A DNA stretch of 18,863 nt from positions 1 through 18,863 of the forward strand of contig JBHHYI010000082.1 of assembly GCA_046757525.1 (NCBI GenBank), read 5' to 3'. Source of the stretch: a bacterium (lineage in GTDB: Bacteria > Zhuqueibacterota > Zhuqueibacteria > Oceanimicrobiales > Oceanimicrobiaceae). Of the stretch, positions 1 to 8,384 are shown one piece after another. Both the position numbers and the translations under genes were made by a program. Position 1 is the stretch's first letter. Each line of letters opens with the position of its first letter. The notes under the pieces were generated by a model. That model was not told the DNA's origin. It searched no databases and saw only the letters and a program-made list of their open reading frames with translations.

Positions 1-55
1 ACTTGAGAAGCAGTGACCTACTCGGGATGACTCGCACAGTGCTTTCAGGAAACGC
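1..55. repeat. 3' tail of a REP-like cloverleaf repeat, truncated by the window edge; direct copy of 18802-18858
   Basis: 1-32 matches 18802-18833 at 29/32, including an identical 24-mer AGCAGTGACCTACTCGGGATGACT (9-32 = 18810-18833). Both copies are followed by GGAAACGC (48-55; 18851-18858). Confidence 0.9.
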
Positions 56-89
56 CTGGCTGTCGCCGTCCTTTATCACAGCCTCCGGT

Positions 90-160
90 TGTCATTCCGG
101 AGGAATCTTGTCGGCTGGCTGCACAGTGCTGACCTGTAACAAGATGCTTCCTGCATGACA
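90..160. repeat. Imperfect inverted repeat (REP-doublet-like hairpin)
   Basis: TGTCATTCCGGAGGAATCTTGT (90-111) pairs with ACAAGATGCTTCCTGCATGACA (139-160), 18/22 complementary, with a 27-nt spacer. Confidence 0.75.
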
Positions 161-171
161 GGGCTGCCTTT

Positions 172-214
172 GGCGTTTCCGACAGTTAAAGCAATCCGGT
201 GCGACCGGATTGTG
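172..214. repeat. Palindromic repeat element, direct copy of 18619-18661
   Basis: 39/43 identity to 18619-18661; contains the perfect hairpin CAATCCGGT-GCG-ACCGGATTG. Confidence 0.9.
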
Positions 215-290
215 GGGGCTTTCTAGTAACTTGGAGATTGTTGATGTTTTTGGCAAGTAGGAATGGGTTTAGCCGCGGTAGTCACTACCT

Positions 291-1325
291 ATGAACATTG
301 AAATCATTAATCCTTTGCAGCACCAGGGGTGGGACGAAATGGTGAGTTCGGCCGAGGATTATTCTTTCTTTCACACCCAAAACTGGGCCAGGGTGCTGTA
401 CGAGTCTTACAAATACAAGCCGTTGTATTTTAGCGTCGTGGAAAACGGCAAATTGGTGGCCCTTGTCCCGGTCATGCAAATCAACAGTCTGCTAACGGGC
501 CGGCGCGGAGTGTCGTTGCCTTTCTCAGACTACTGCGAACCCATCATTAGCGACGGGGTTGACTTTCACGACCTATTCGATTTCATACTCGAGTATGGAC
601 GAAGAAGCGGTTGGGAGTCCTTCGAGTTCAGAGGAGGCAAGAGATTTCAACAGAACACAACGCCGTCAACCGCTTATTACGTCCATGTTTTAGAGTTGGG
701 CAGAAGCGACAGCGAGATACTCGCCAACTTTCGCAGCAGCACCAGGAGAAACATCAAGAAAGCGACCAGGGCAGGCGTGCAGATCGAAATTTGCCGCTCC
801 CTGGAGGCGATGAAGCAGTTTTACCGGTTGCAAAGCATAACCAGAAAAAGACATGGCTTGCCAACGCAACCTTTCTATTTCTTCAGAAAAATTCACGAAT
901 ATGTCATCTCCAAAAATCATGGCGTCATAGTTCTCGCTTCTTACGAAAATGACTACATCGCCAGCGCGGTTTATTTTCAAACCGGAAACCAGGTGCTGTA
1001 CAAATATGGCGCTTCGGACAAGAAATATCAGCATTTTCGGCCCAACAATCTCTTGATGTGGGAAGCCATAAAGTGGTATAACCAGCGCAGCTTTAAATCG
1101 TTTTCGTTCGGAATCACCGATATCGACCACGACGGTCTGAGACAATTCAAAAATGGCATGGCCACTGAAGAGCAAACTTTGAATTACTACAAATACGATC
1201 TCAGAAAGAAGGTGTTCGTCCAGGATTACTCGAAAGTGAGAAACTGGCGGGTAGAGATCTCCAAGAGAATGCCCATCGCATTTCTGAGATTCAGCGGTTC
1301 TCTTTTGTACAAACACTATGGTTGA
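291..1325 (+). CDS. FemAB-related GNAT-fold protein (exopolysaccharide-cluster type)
   Basis: 344-aa ORF with FFHTQNW, LTGRRGVSLPFSDYC, STRRNIKKATRAGV, YKYGASD, PNNLLMWEAI and GLRQFK motifs typical of FemAB-like proteins in EPS loci. Confidence 0.85.
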   Translation: MNIEIINPLQHQGWDEMVSSAEDYSFFHTQNWARVLYESYKYKPLYFSVVENGKLVALVPVMQINSLLTGRRGVSLPFSDYCEPIISDGVDFHDLFDFILEYGRRSGWESFEFRGGKRFQQNTTPSTAYYVHVLELGRSDSEILANFRSSTRRNIKKATRAGVQIEICRSLEAMKQFYRLQSITRKRHGLPTQPFYFFRKIHEYVISKNHGVIVLASYENDYIASAVYFQTGNQVLYKYGASDKKYQHFRPNNLLMWEAIKWYNQRSFKSFSFGITDIDHDGLRQFKNGMATEEQTLNYYKYDLRKKVFVQDYSKVRNWRVEISKRMPIAFLRFSGSLLYKHYG

Positions 1326-2434
1326 GCACTCCACGACAAGAACATGGGTTCGGGCACAATGTGAAAGGCGCTTGGTTACTCATGGTTAGAGCTTTGCAAG
1401 CACATGAATGGCAGATTTGGGACGCGTTTGTTCTCCAGCATCCGCTGGCGAGCATTTACCACACGTCTGCGTGGCGCCAAACGATAAAAAGCACTTACGG
1501 CCACACACCGTTTTATCTCATTCTCCAAGATGAGACGCACAACATAAAAGCCGGATTGCCCCTGTTCCTGGTGGGGAACGCGATTACGGGAAGGAAACTC
1601 GATTCGTTGCCTTGCGCCCAGGCTTGCAACCCGCTGGTGTCCAGCCAGGCAGAGTATGAGCAACTGATGAGTTTTGTTTTGGAATTTATTCGGTGTAAGA
1701 AAGTCAAGTACGCCGAGATCAAGACCAGTGCGAGCTTCCGCAATGACAGTCACAAGTTCGGCAAAGCGATTCTTGATTATAGTACGTACGTCCTGGATCT
1801 GGACAAGAACTTAGAGGAGATTGAAAACGCGTTGCACCAGAGCTGCGTGCGCCGGGCCATAAGAAAATCCGCGAAGAGTGGTGTGCAGATCGTCGCGGAA
1901 AATTCGCTGGACAATTTGAAAGCATTTTATCATTTGTACCTGGGCATGAGGAAGCAAAAAGGACTGCTTCCGCAACCGTTTAAGTTTTTTCACTCTATGT
2001 GGGAGAAAATGTCCCAGGGCAATCACATCGATATTCTTAGCGCCGAATATGAAGGACAGATGATCTCTGCCATCATTCTGTTGAGATACAAAGACACGGT
2101 GACTTATGAATACGGCGCCTCGCGTCCGGACGTGCAGCGCCTCAGTCCCAGTCCCTTGTTGCTCTGGGAGGCGATCAAACGGTCGCACCAACAAGGGTTC
2201 AAGAAATTCGATTTCGGCAGAACTTCTAACGAAAACAAAAACCTGACTCGGTTCAAATCGAGATGGGGGGCCAAACAAGAACCTTTGCCGTATTATTTCA
2301 TTCCTGACTTGAACGGGATCGATTCAATAAGGCAAAACGCTCTTTCGAAGAGAATAATGCACTACGCCATGCATATTTCTCCTCAACCCGTGTGCCACAC
2401 CCTGGGCAGGCTTTTGTACAAACATTTGGTTTAG
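1322..2434 (+). CDS. FemAB-related GNAT-fold protein, paralogue of 291-1325
   Basis: IYHTSAW, VRRAIRKSAKSGV, YEYGAS, LLLWEAI, FDFGRT and LTRFKSRWGA motifs. The start is either TTG 1322 (TTGA overlap with the upstream stop) or ATG 1382. Confidence 0.85.
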   Translation: MSTPRQEHGFGHNVKGAWLLMVRALQAHEWQIWDAFVLQHPLASIYHTSAWRQTIKSTYGHTPFYLILQDETHNIKAGLPLFLVGNAITGRKLDSLPCAQACNPLVSSQAEYEQLMSFVLEFIRCKKVKYAEIKTSASFRNDSHKFGKAILDYSTYVLDLDKNLEEIENALHQSCVRRAIRKSAKSGVQIVAENSLDNLKAFYHLYLGMRKQKGLLPQPFKFFHSMWEKMSQGNHIDILSAEYEGQMISAIILLRYKDTVTYEYGASRPDVQRLSPSPLLLWEAIKRSHQQGFKKFDFGRTSNENKNLTRFKSRWGAKQEPLPYYFIPDLNGIDSIRQNALSKRIMHYAMHISPQPVCHTLGRLLYKHLV

Positions 2435-2455
2435 GCAACTTACGTGAAGGAAGAC

Positions 2456-4204
2456 ATGAACAATAAACGAAAAGGATTGTTAATCTCAGTATTGTTTTTG
2501 GTACTGTTCGTTGGGTTCAATTTGCTCAATTACAAAAGAACCCTGCTGTCCATTTCAGAGATGCGTTATTATTACGGCGAGTGGGGTTTGCTCAAAACTG
2601 CGTTTTATTGGTCTGCTTATGCCTCGTCCATTGCCGCTACTATGGTCCTTTTGCTTTCGGTATCCAGGACGGTCAGATGGATCGGTCTGGGCTTTGTTTT
2701 TATCTTTGTCAGCATTGAATTTGCCTATCAAGCGATTAACGGGCAGGGGGTAAGGTTCTTCGAGGTGCTGGTAGGTGTGTGGGAGATTTCGTTTGCCGGC
2801 CAGGCTGCGAAGACCTACACGAAAGAGATACTGTCCGGGTTATTCTACGGGGTTTTGCTGATTTCTGTGTTGGCCACGTTGGTGCGGTACGTTAGAATCC
2901 GTTTCCGGCCGCGATGGCTGGCGGTGGTGCCCGTTTCCCTGGCCATGGTCTATTCCATTATTTGGAAAACCTCGGCGGGCAATGATCAATTTCCGCCCAT
3001 GTTTAAGATTCCGTTGTTGCTGGCGTACACGCTTCAGAGTCCTTTAGCCGGAAAACGCGACCCCGTTGCCCTGGAGGCGCGGAACGGTGCGAAGGTGAAG
3101 CATCTGATTTTCATCATCGATGAAAGCATTCGTGGCGACTTCCTGGGCATTAACCGATTCTCCAGAGAAACCACGCCTTACCTCGACAGCATTTCTGACC
3201 GCATCTTGAATTTGGGTCTGGCCTGTTCCGGGGCCAACTGTTCCCAGACCAGCAACATCATCCTGCAAAGCGGCGTTCGTCTGGACCAGCTCCCTGACCG
3301 CAAGCAATTGACTCTGAAGTTGCCCAATATCTTTCAGTACGCCAAAGCGGCCGGCTACAAGACCTATTTTTTGGAGGGCCAATATCCGCCCGGCAAACTG
3401 CCACCTCACATGAGCCAATACGATCTCGCAGATATCGACGAAGTCTTTCAAATCGACAAATCGGACAGCGTTAAAGGGGGCTATAACACGGATTTTACTC
3501 TGGCGGCCAGGATCAAAGATATCGTCAAATCCGACACCCTCACTTTCATTCTGGTCAACAAGCGTGGTGTGCACTTTTTTTACGAGGATGCTTACCCACC
3601 GGAAAAACGCTACTTTAAGCCTGTGCTGACCACGCGGGTGACGGTCAACAACGCCAATAAGAACGAGGTTCTGAAGAGCGTGGACCGCACTCGCATGATC
3701 AACAGTTATTGCAACGGCATACGTTGGAGTGTGGACGGTTTTTTCCGCGACCTCTTACCCGCCCTTCGTTTTGACGACACGGTTTTGCTGTACACTTCGG
3801 ACCACGGTCAGAGCATCAAAGAAGGGTCCTCGTCTGCCACGCACTGCACCACGGCAAATCCGCCTTCCAGTCACGCCGCGGTGCCGCTATTTGTGATGGG
3901 AAAGAAGGCGACAGATTTCTTTACCAACGGCGTTTCTGAACTACAGAACCATGTGAGCCATTTTCAGATTTTTCCATCTTTGTTGATTTGGATGGGATAC
4001 GATGTGGCCCCGGTCCAGGAGAAGTACGGTGTTCCGCTTTGGGTGTACGACAGCACCCCGCGCAAATTCCTGTCGGGCGATCTCTTCGGCCGCGGCAGCA
4101 ACTTCAGCCTGAACGAATTCCATTTCAAGCCGTATCGTTTGCCAGGCAGTATGACTCACGAGCTTCAGCCGCTGACCTCGATGAGCGTGTCGTCCGAGAA
4201 TTAG
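2456..4204 (+). CDS. Membrane-anchored alkaline-phosphatase/sulfatase-superfamily transferase (phosphoethanolamine-transferase/EptA-like)
   Basis: About five hydrophobic N-terminal segments, then IIDESIRGD, SGANCSQTS, KRGVHF, YTSDHGQ and THC, which line up with EptA/MCR metal-binding motifs. ATG 2456 is preceded by GAAGGA; GTG 2444 is an alternative start. Confidence 0.8.
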   Translation: MNNKRKGLLISVLFLVLFVGFNLLNYKRTLLSISEMRYYYGEWGLLKTAFYWSAYASSIAATMVLLLSVSRTVRWIGLGFVFIFVSIEFAYQAINGQGVRFFEVLVGVWEISFAGQAAKTYTKEILSGLFYGVLLISVLATLVRYVRIRFRPRWLAVVPVSLAMVYSIIWKTSAGNDQFPPMFKIPLLLAYTLQSPLAGKRDPVALEARNGAKVKHLIFIIDESIRGDFLGINRFSRETTPYLDSISDRILNLGLACSGANCSQTSNIILQSGVRLDQLPDRKQLTLKLPNIFQYAKAAGYKTYFLEGQYPPGKLPPHMSQYDLADIDEVFQIDKSDSVKGGYNTDFTLAARIKDIVKSDTLTFILVNKRGVHFFYEDAYPPEKRYFKPVLTTRVTVNNANKNEVLKSVDRTRMINSYCNGIRWSVDGFFRDLLPALRFDDTVLLYTSDHGQSIKEGSSSATHCTTANPPSSHAAVPLFVMGKKATDFFTNGVSELQNHVSHFQIFPSLLIWMGYDVAPVQEKYGVPLWVYDSTPRKFLSGDLFGRGSNFSLNEFHFKPYRLPGSMTHELQPLTSMSVSSEN

Positions 4205-4240
4205 AGGCTGAGCATCTAACTCACAGGAGAGAAAATAGCA

Positions 4241-5032
4241 ATGCCAAACACCTATGTTCATCCAGCAGCCGTCATTCCTCTGGCACACCTTGGTTTGCCG
4301 CTGTCTGCTTTGGCTGTTGGCAGCGTTGCTCCTGATTTTAACGCTTATTTTGCACCAAGCAGCAGGTTTGGTCACACCATGGCGGGCGTATTTTTATCCT
4401 GTCTGCCGCTTGGTTTGGCCGTTCTCTTGGCTTTTCACTATCTGTTGAAGCACCCGATGCTTTCGCTTTTGCCGCGGAGTCAGCAGCAGCGATTATTACC
4501 TGTTGCGAACCAATTTCATTTGTCCTCTTTCAAGGATATTCTGTGGGTGTTTGTTGCTCTGTTGATTGGCGTGGTCACCCATCTAGTGTGGGATTCTTTT
4601 ACGCATCCGGATGGCTGGTCGGTCAACCAGATGGCCATGCTGCTACGTTCGAATCGGATTCAGACGCCTTGGGGTCCGTTCCAACTGCACGAAGTCTTGC
4701 AAGTTGCAAGCAAGTATTTAGGGATCGGCATCATCCTATTTGCCTACGTGAAGTGGTTTAGACGGGCGCCATCGACCACTCAAAATGTTTCGTTCAGCTT
4801 GTCAACAGTCGAGAAGCTCGGCGTAACCGTACCGATGGTTGCCATCGCTTTGCTCATCGGCGTTTGGAAGAATTTAGACACTGTGCGTGCTGTCACGGAT
4901 TTTGATTCATTCAGGCTGTCTTGTCGGGCAATGCTCAAAACATCGTCTCTGATTCTTGCTGTTGAAGTCATGATTTACAGCCTGTGGTGGCAAATCGCTG
5001 CCCATAAGGCCAAAAAAGTCGAGAGCTTCTAA
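4241..5032 (+). CDS. DUF4184-family membrane protein (putative metal-dependent hydrolase)
   Basis: N-terminal MPNTYVHPAAVIP, SALAVGSVAPDF, GHT and THLVWDSFTHPDGW match the DUF4184 pattern; several TM segments; AGGAG upstream. Confidence 0.8.
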   Translation: MPNTYVHPAAVIPLAHLGLPLSALAVGSVAPDFNAYFAPSSRFGHTMAGVFLSCLPLGLAVLLAFHYLLKHPMLSLLPRSQQQRLLPVANQFHLSSFKDILWVFVALLIGVVTHLVWDSFTHPDGWSVNQMAMLLRSNRIQTPWGPFQLHEVLQVASKYLGIGIILFAYVKWFRRAPSTTQNVSFSLSTVEKLGVTVPMVAIALLIGVWKNLDTVRAVTDFDSFRLSCRAMLKTSSLILAVEVMIYSLWWQIAAHKAKKVESF

Positions 5033-5088
5033 ACAAAATAGACGGGTATTAGAAAGCACAATTTAACATTCAATAAACGGAGACCAGG

Positions 5089-6072
5089 ATGCGCATTCTG
5101 ATCGCAAGTTCAATTTTTCCGGATGCCATACAAGAGTTGCGCCAGCAGCACGATGTCATTTGTGCTTTCAACACTTCAGAGGCGAAGCTCAAGGCGCTCA
5201 TCAAAGACCGGGAGGTCCTCATTTTTCGCAGTGGGGTTTCGATTAGTTCCGCGGTCATGCAAAGTGCGCCACAGTTGAGGCTGCTCATCCGGGCTGGCTC
5301 CGGCACGGACAATCTGGATTTGGATTATGTTAGAAAACGAGGCCTGCGGCTGGAACGCATTCCTGAACCCGGCGCCAAGGCGGTGGCTGAGTTGAGCTTT
5401 GCCTTTATGTTGGCCCTGGCCAGGAACCTGTTCCAGGCCGACCGTTCACTGCGACAGGGCCGTTGGACGAAATACGAACTCAATGGTTTTCTGTTGACGG
5501 GTAAGGTCCTCGGAATCGTCGGGGCCGGCAACATCGGTTCCAGGGTCGGTCGGTTGGGTGCCGCCTGGGGCATGCAGGTCCTCGGTTGTGTGGAAGAGCC
5601 CACACCAGAGCTTGCGGCTTGGTTAGCCGCAAGGAACATTCGCCTCACAGACTTTGACGAAGTGGTTTCCAGCGCAGATTTCCTAAGCCTCCACGTGCCG
5701 CTGACCGACGCTACCAAAAAAATGATCGGTGAGGAGGTCTTTGCTCGTATGAAAGCGGGATCCTACCTGATCAACCTGGCTCGCGGCGGCGTGGTAGATG
5801 AGCAGGCGCTGCACACAGCTTTAACCAAAGGCGATCGATTGCTTGGGGCTGCGCTGGATGTGCACGAGTGTGAAGGCGAGGGCAAAGTTTCGCCGCTGGC
5901 CTCGTTGCCCAACGTGATTCTGACCCCGCACATCGGGGCCCAGACCGTGGATTCGCAGCGCGAAATCGGCAAGCGTGTGCTCGAGATCATGGATTTATTT
6001 GAGGCAGATGAATTGGAGTGCGAAGCAAAAGAAACGGAGCTTGTGTCGGCGGCCTTTGGGGCAGCTTTATGA
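5089..6072 (+). CDS. D-isomer-specific 2-hydroxyacid dehydrogenase (SerA/PGDH-like, no ACT domain); candidate phosphonopyruvate reductase
   Basis: RAGSGTDNLD, Rossmann GIVGAGNIG, SLHVPLT, INLARGGVVDE, AALDVHECE and LTPHIGAQT (catalytic Arg/Glu/His pattern). GGAG upstream; lies directly before pepM. Confidence 0.9.
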   Translation: MRILIASSIFPDAIQELRQQHDVICAFNTSEAKLKALIKDREVLIFRSGVSISSAVMQSAPQLRLLIRAGSGTDNLDLDYVRKRGLRLERIPEPGAKAVAELSFAFMLALARNLFQADRSLRQGRWTKYELNGFLLTGKVLGIVGAGNIGSRVGRLGAAWGMQVLGCVEEPTPELAAWLAARNIRLTDFDEVVSSADFLSLHVPLTDATKKMIGEEVFARMKAGSYLINLARGGVVDEQALHTALTKGDRLLGAALDVHECEGEGKVSPLASLPNVILTPHIGAQTVDSQREIGKRVLEIMDLFEADELECEAKETELVSAAFGAAL

Positions 6073-6139
6073 TTAACATGGGATGCAGGTCCTTGTAACC
6101 ACAGTGGGTTTTGGGATTCTTAGCTAAGGCAGAATAGTC

Positions 6140-7087
6140 ATGACAACAAAGACCACACAGTTCAAACAGCTTTTGCGCTCAAACCGGTTGGAGTGCATTT
6201 TGGAAGCTCACAACGGTCTTAGTGCCAAAATCGTTGAAGAAGCGGGTTTCAAAGGCATCTGGGCCAGCGGTCTGGCCATGTCGGCCGCGTTGGGAGTCCG
6301 CGACAACAACGAAGCCAGTTGGACGCAAATATTAGAAGTGGTCGAGTTCATGAGCGACGCTACCACCATTCCCATTTTACTCGACGCGGACACGGGCTAC
6401 GGCAACTTCAACAATGTGCGCCGTTTGGTGCGCAAGCTGGAGCAGCGCGGCGTGGCCGCCCTGTGCATTGAGGACAAGCTCTTTCCCAAGACCAACTCCT
6501 TCATAAACGGCGAGCAGCAGGCGCTTGCCGACATCGAAGAATTCTCAGGCAAGATCAAAGCAGCCAAGGACACCCAGCAAGACCCTGATTTCGGCGTGGT
6601 GGCGCGCGTCGAGGCGTTCATCGCCGGATGGGGTCTGGCCGCAGCGCTCAAACGCGCCGAAGCGTACCATCAGGCGGGCGCCGATGCGATTCTCATCCAC
6701 AGCAAAATCGCCACCGCCGACCAGGTGCTGGCTTTCATGCAAGAATGGGGCAATACTTGCCCCGTGGTGATCGTGCCAACCATGTATTTCCAGACGCCTA
6801 CGGAGGTATTCGAAAAAGCCGGAATCAGTTTGGTGATTTGGGCGAACCATTTGTTGCGATCGAACATCGCGGCCATGCAGCGAACAGCTTCCAAAATATT
6901 TAGGGAAAGGTCACTGCGGTCGGTTGAAAAAGAAATCGTGCCCGTCAAAGAGATTTTTCGCTTGCAAGGCGCCGCGGAACTAAAATGGGCCGAGCAGCTT
7001 TACTTGCCCAAATCCGGCAACTCAAAGCCACACCCTGTTGGGGCAGAGGAAGATCTGAACAAAGTTGGTGCCCATGAGAACGGTTAA
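6140..7087 (+). CDS. pepM: Phosphoenolpyruvate mutase (stand-alone)
   Basis: ICL/PEP-mutase fold motifs [15 protein letters not shown] and LLDADTGYG, plus the diagnostic EDKXXXXXNS motif [10 protein letters not shown] (6470-6499). Confidence 0.96.
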   Translation: MTTKTTQFKQLLRSNRLECILEAHNGLSAKIVEEAGFKGIWASGLAMSAALGVRDNNEASWTQILEVVEFMSDATTIPILLDADTGYGNFNNVRRLVRKLEQRGVAALCIEDKLFPKTNSFINGEQQALADIEEFSGKIKAAKDTQQDPDFGVVARVEAFIAGWGLAAALKRAEAYHQAGADAILIHSKIATADQVLAFMQEWGNTCPVVIVPTMYFQTPTEVFEKAGISLVIWANHLLRSNIAAMQRTASKIFRERSLRSVEKEIVPVKEIFRLQGAAELKWAEQLYLPKSGNSKPHPVGAEEDLNKVGAHENG

Positions 7088-8384
7088 GACAAAGCAGCCC
7101 CCCTGCGCTGTCGTCATCGGACTCGACCACTACCTGGGTCTGCAGACAGCGCGTCTGTTTGCCCGGCGCGGCGTGCCGGTCATCGGTCTCGCCAAAGAAC
7201 CGGGACATTTTGGCTGTCGCACGCGCGTGTGCCGCGAGATTCTATTTGCCGATATTCTGGGCGCAGGTCTCATCAAGGCCCTCGTTGCTCTGGGCCAAAC
7301 GTTGGAGCAAAAGGCGGTGCTGGTGCCCTGCCGGGATATGAGCGTTCTGCTTATCTCGCGGCATCGAGAAATGCTGGCTCCTTACTTCCACTTTGCTCTT
7401 CCGCCGGCTGAGGTGGTGGAACTGCTGATGGACAAGCTGTCTTTTTACGAATTTGCTCTCGAGCAAAAGTTGCCCGTTGCGAAATTCCGGCTGCTGCGCC
7501 ACCGTCAGGAAGCAGAAAGCGCTGCCCGCGACCTCTCCTTCCCGTGTATTCTGAAGCCACCGTTGAAGAGTCCTCTCTGGGAGGCGCAGACCCGGCACAA
7601 GGCTTTCAAGATATTCGACACCGAAGAGTTTCTGGCGAGATATGACCAGTGTTCCCCCTGGGCGGACGTGCTCATGGCTCAGGAGTGGATAACCGGTAGC
7701 GACGCCAACAATTATTCGTGCAATGCCTATTTTGACGCCAACTCCAGGCCCCTCGTGACTTTCGTGGCCAGGAAGCTGCGCCAGTGGCCGCCGGAGACGG
7801 GCAACACCAGTTTGGGCATAGAGTGTCGGAACCGGGTCGTACTCGAAACCGCCCTGCGTTTGTTCGGAAGCGTGGGCTTTCACGGTCTGGCATATCTGGA
7901 GATGAAGCGCGACCAGCGTACGGGTCAGTATTTCATCATCGAGCCCAACATCGGTCGGCCCACGGGAAGATCGGCACTGGCCGAGGCCAGTAGCGTGGAG
8001 CTGCTCTACACCATGTATTGCGACCAGATCGGTTGGCCCCTGCCTCCGAATCGGGAGCAAAAGTATCTCGGGGTCAAGTGGATCTATTTGCGCCAGGATT
8101 TGCAGTCGGCTTTTTTTTATTGGCGTCGTGGCGAGCTGACGCTGAGGCACTGGTGGCGCTCCCTGCGCGGGCGCAAGACCTACGCTGTGCTGTCCTGGGC
8201 CGATCCGCTGCCGTTCCTGGAGGACGTGCGCGCCAGAGTGCTGGCCAATGCCAGGCGCCTGCTGAAGAAATGGCTGTCAAGACGGCCGCCAGCCGGGGCG
8301 GAAACCACGCCGCGGGAAACTGCGACGGCAAAGGTCAACGAACCGCAATCTACGGTAAAGCCTATTCTGGCGGAGAAGCCATGA
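7074..8384 (+). CDS. ATP-grasp carboxylate-amine ligase (D-aspartate-ligase-like)
   Basis: [61 protein letters not shown] and IIEPN motifs. ATG 7074 overlaps the pepM stop; TTG 7065 is an alternative start. Confidence 0.85.
   Translation: MRTVKTKQPPCAVVIGLDHYLGLQTARLFARRGVPVIGLAKEPGHFGCRTRVCREILFADILGAGLIKALVALGQTLEQKAVLVPCRDMSVLLISRHREMLAPYFHFALPPAEVVELLMDKLSFYEFALEQKLPVAKFRLLRHRQEAESAARDLSFPCILKPPLKSPLWEAQTRHKAFKIFDTEEFLARYDQCSPWADVLMAQEWITGSDANNYSCNAYFDANSRPLVTFVARKLRQWPPETGNTSLGIECRNRVVLETALRLFGSVGFHGLAYLEMKRDQRTGQYFIIEPNIGRPTGRSALAEASSVELLYTMYCDQIGWPLPPNREQKYLGVKWIYLRQDLQSAFFYWRRGELTLRHWWRSLRGRKTYAVLSWADPLPFLEDVRARVLANARRLLKKWLSRRPPAGAETTPRETATAKVNEPQSTVKPILAEKP

Noticed and set aside
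5089..6072. Calling the dehydrogenase serA
   Set aside because: No ACT domain, and the context beside pepM suggests another substrate; the symbol was withheld.
6098..6112. Small hairpin plus T-run between the dehydrogenase and pepM as a terminator
   Set aside because: The stem is short and imperfect.
6140..7087. Isocitrate/methylisocitrate lyase or phosphonopyruvate hydrolase
   Set aside because: It lacks the lyase KKCGH/KRCGH motif and has EDKXXXXXNS rather than the hydrolase-type ending in TS.
7242..8150. 302-aa minus-strand ORF
   Set aside because: Antisense shadow of the ATP-grasp gene with no recognisable motifs.
8018..8380. 121-codon N-terminal extension of the deacetylase ORF in the ORF track
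   Set aside because: It overlaps the ATP-grasp gene in another frame; ATG 8381 has an RBS and an ATGA coupling.
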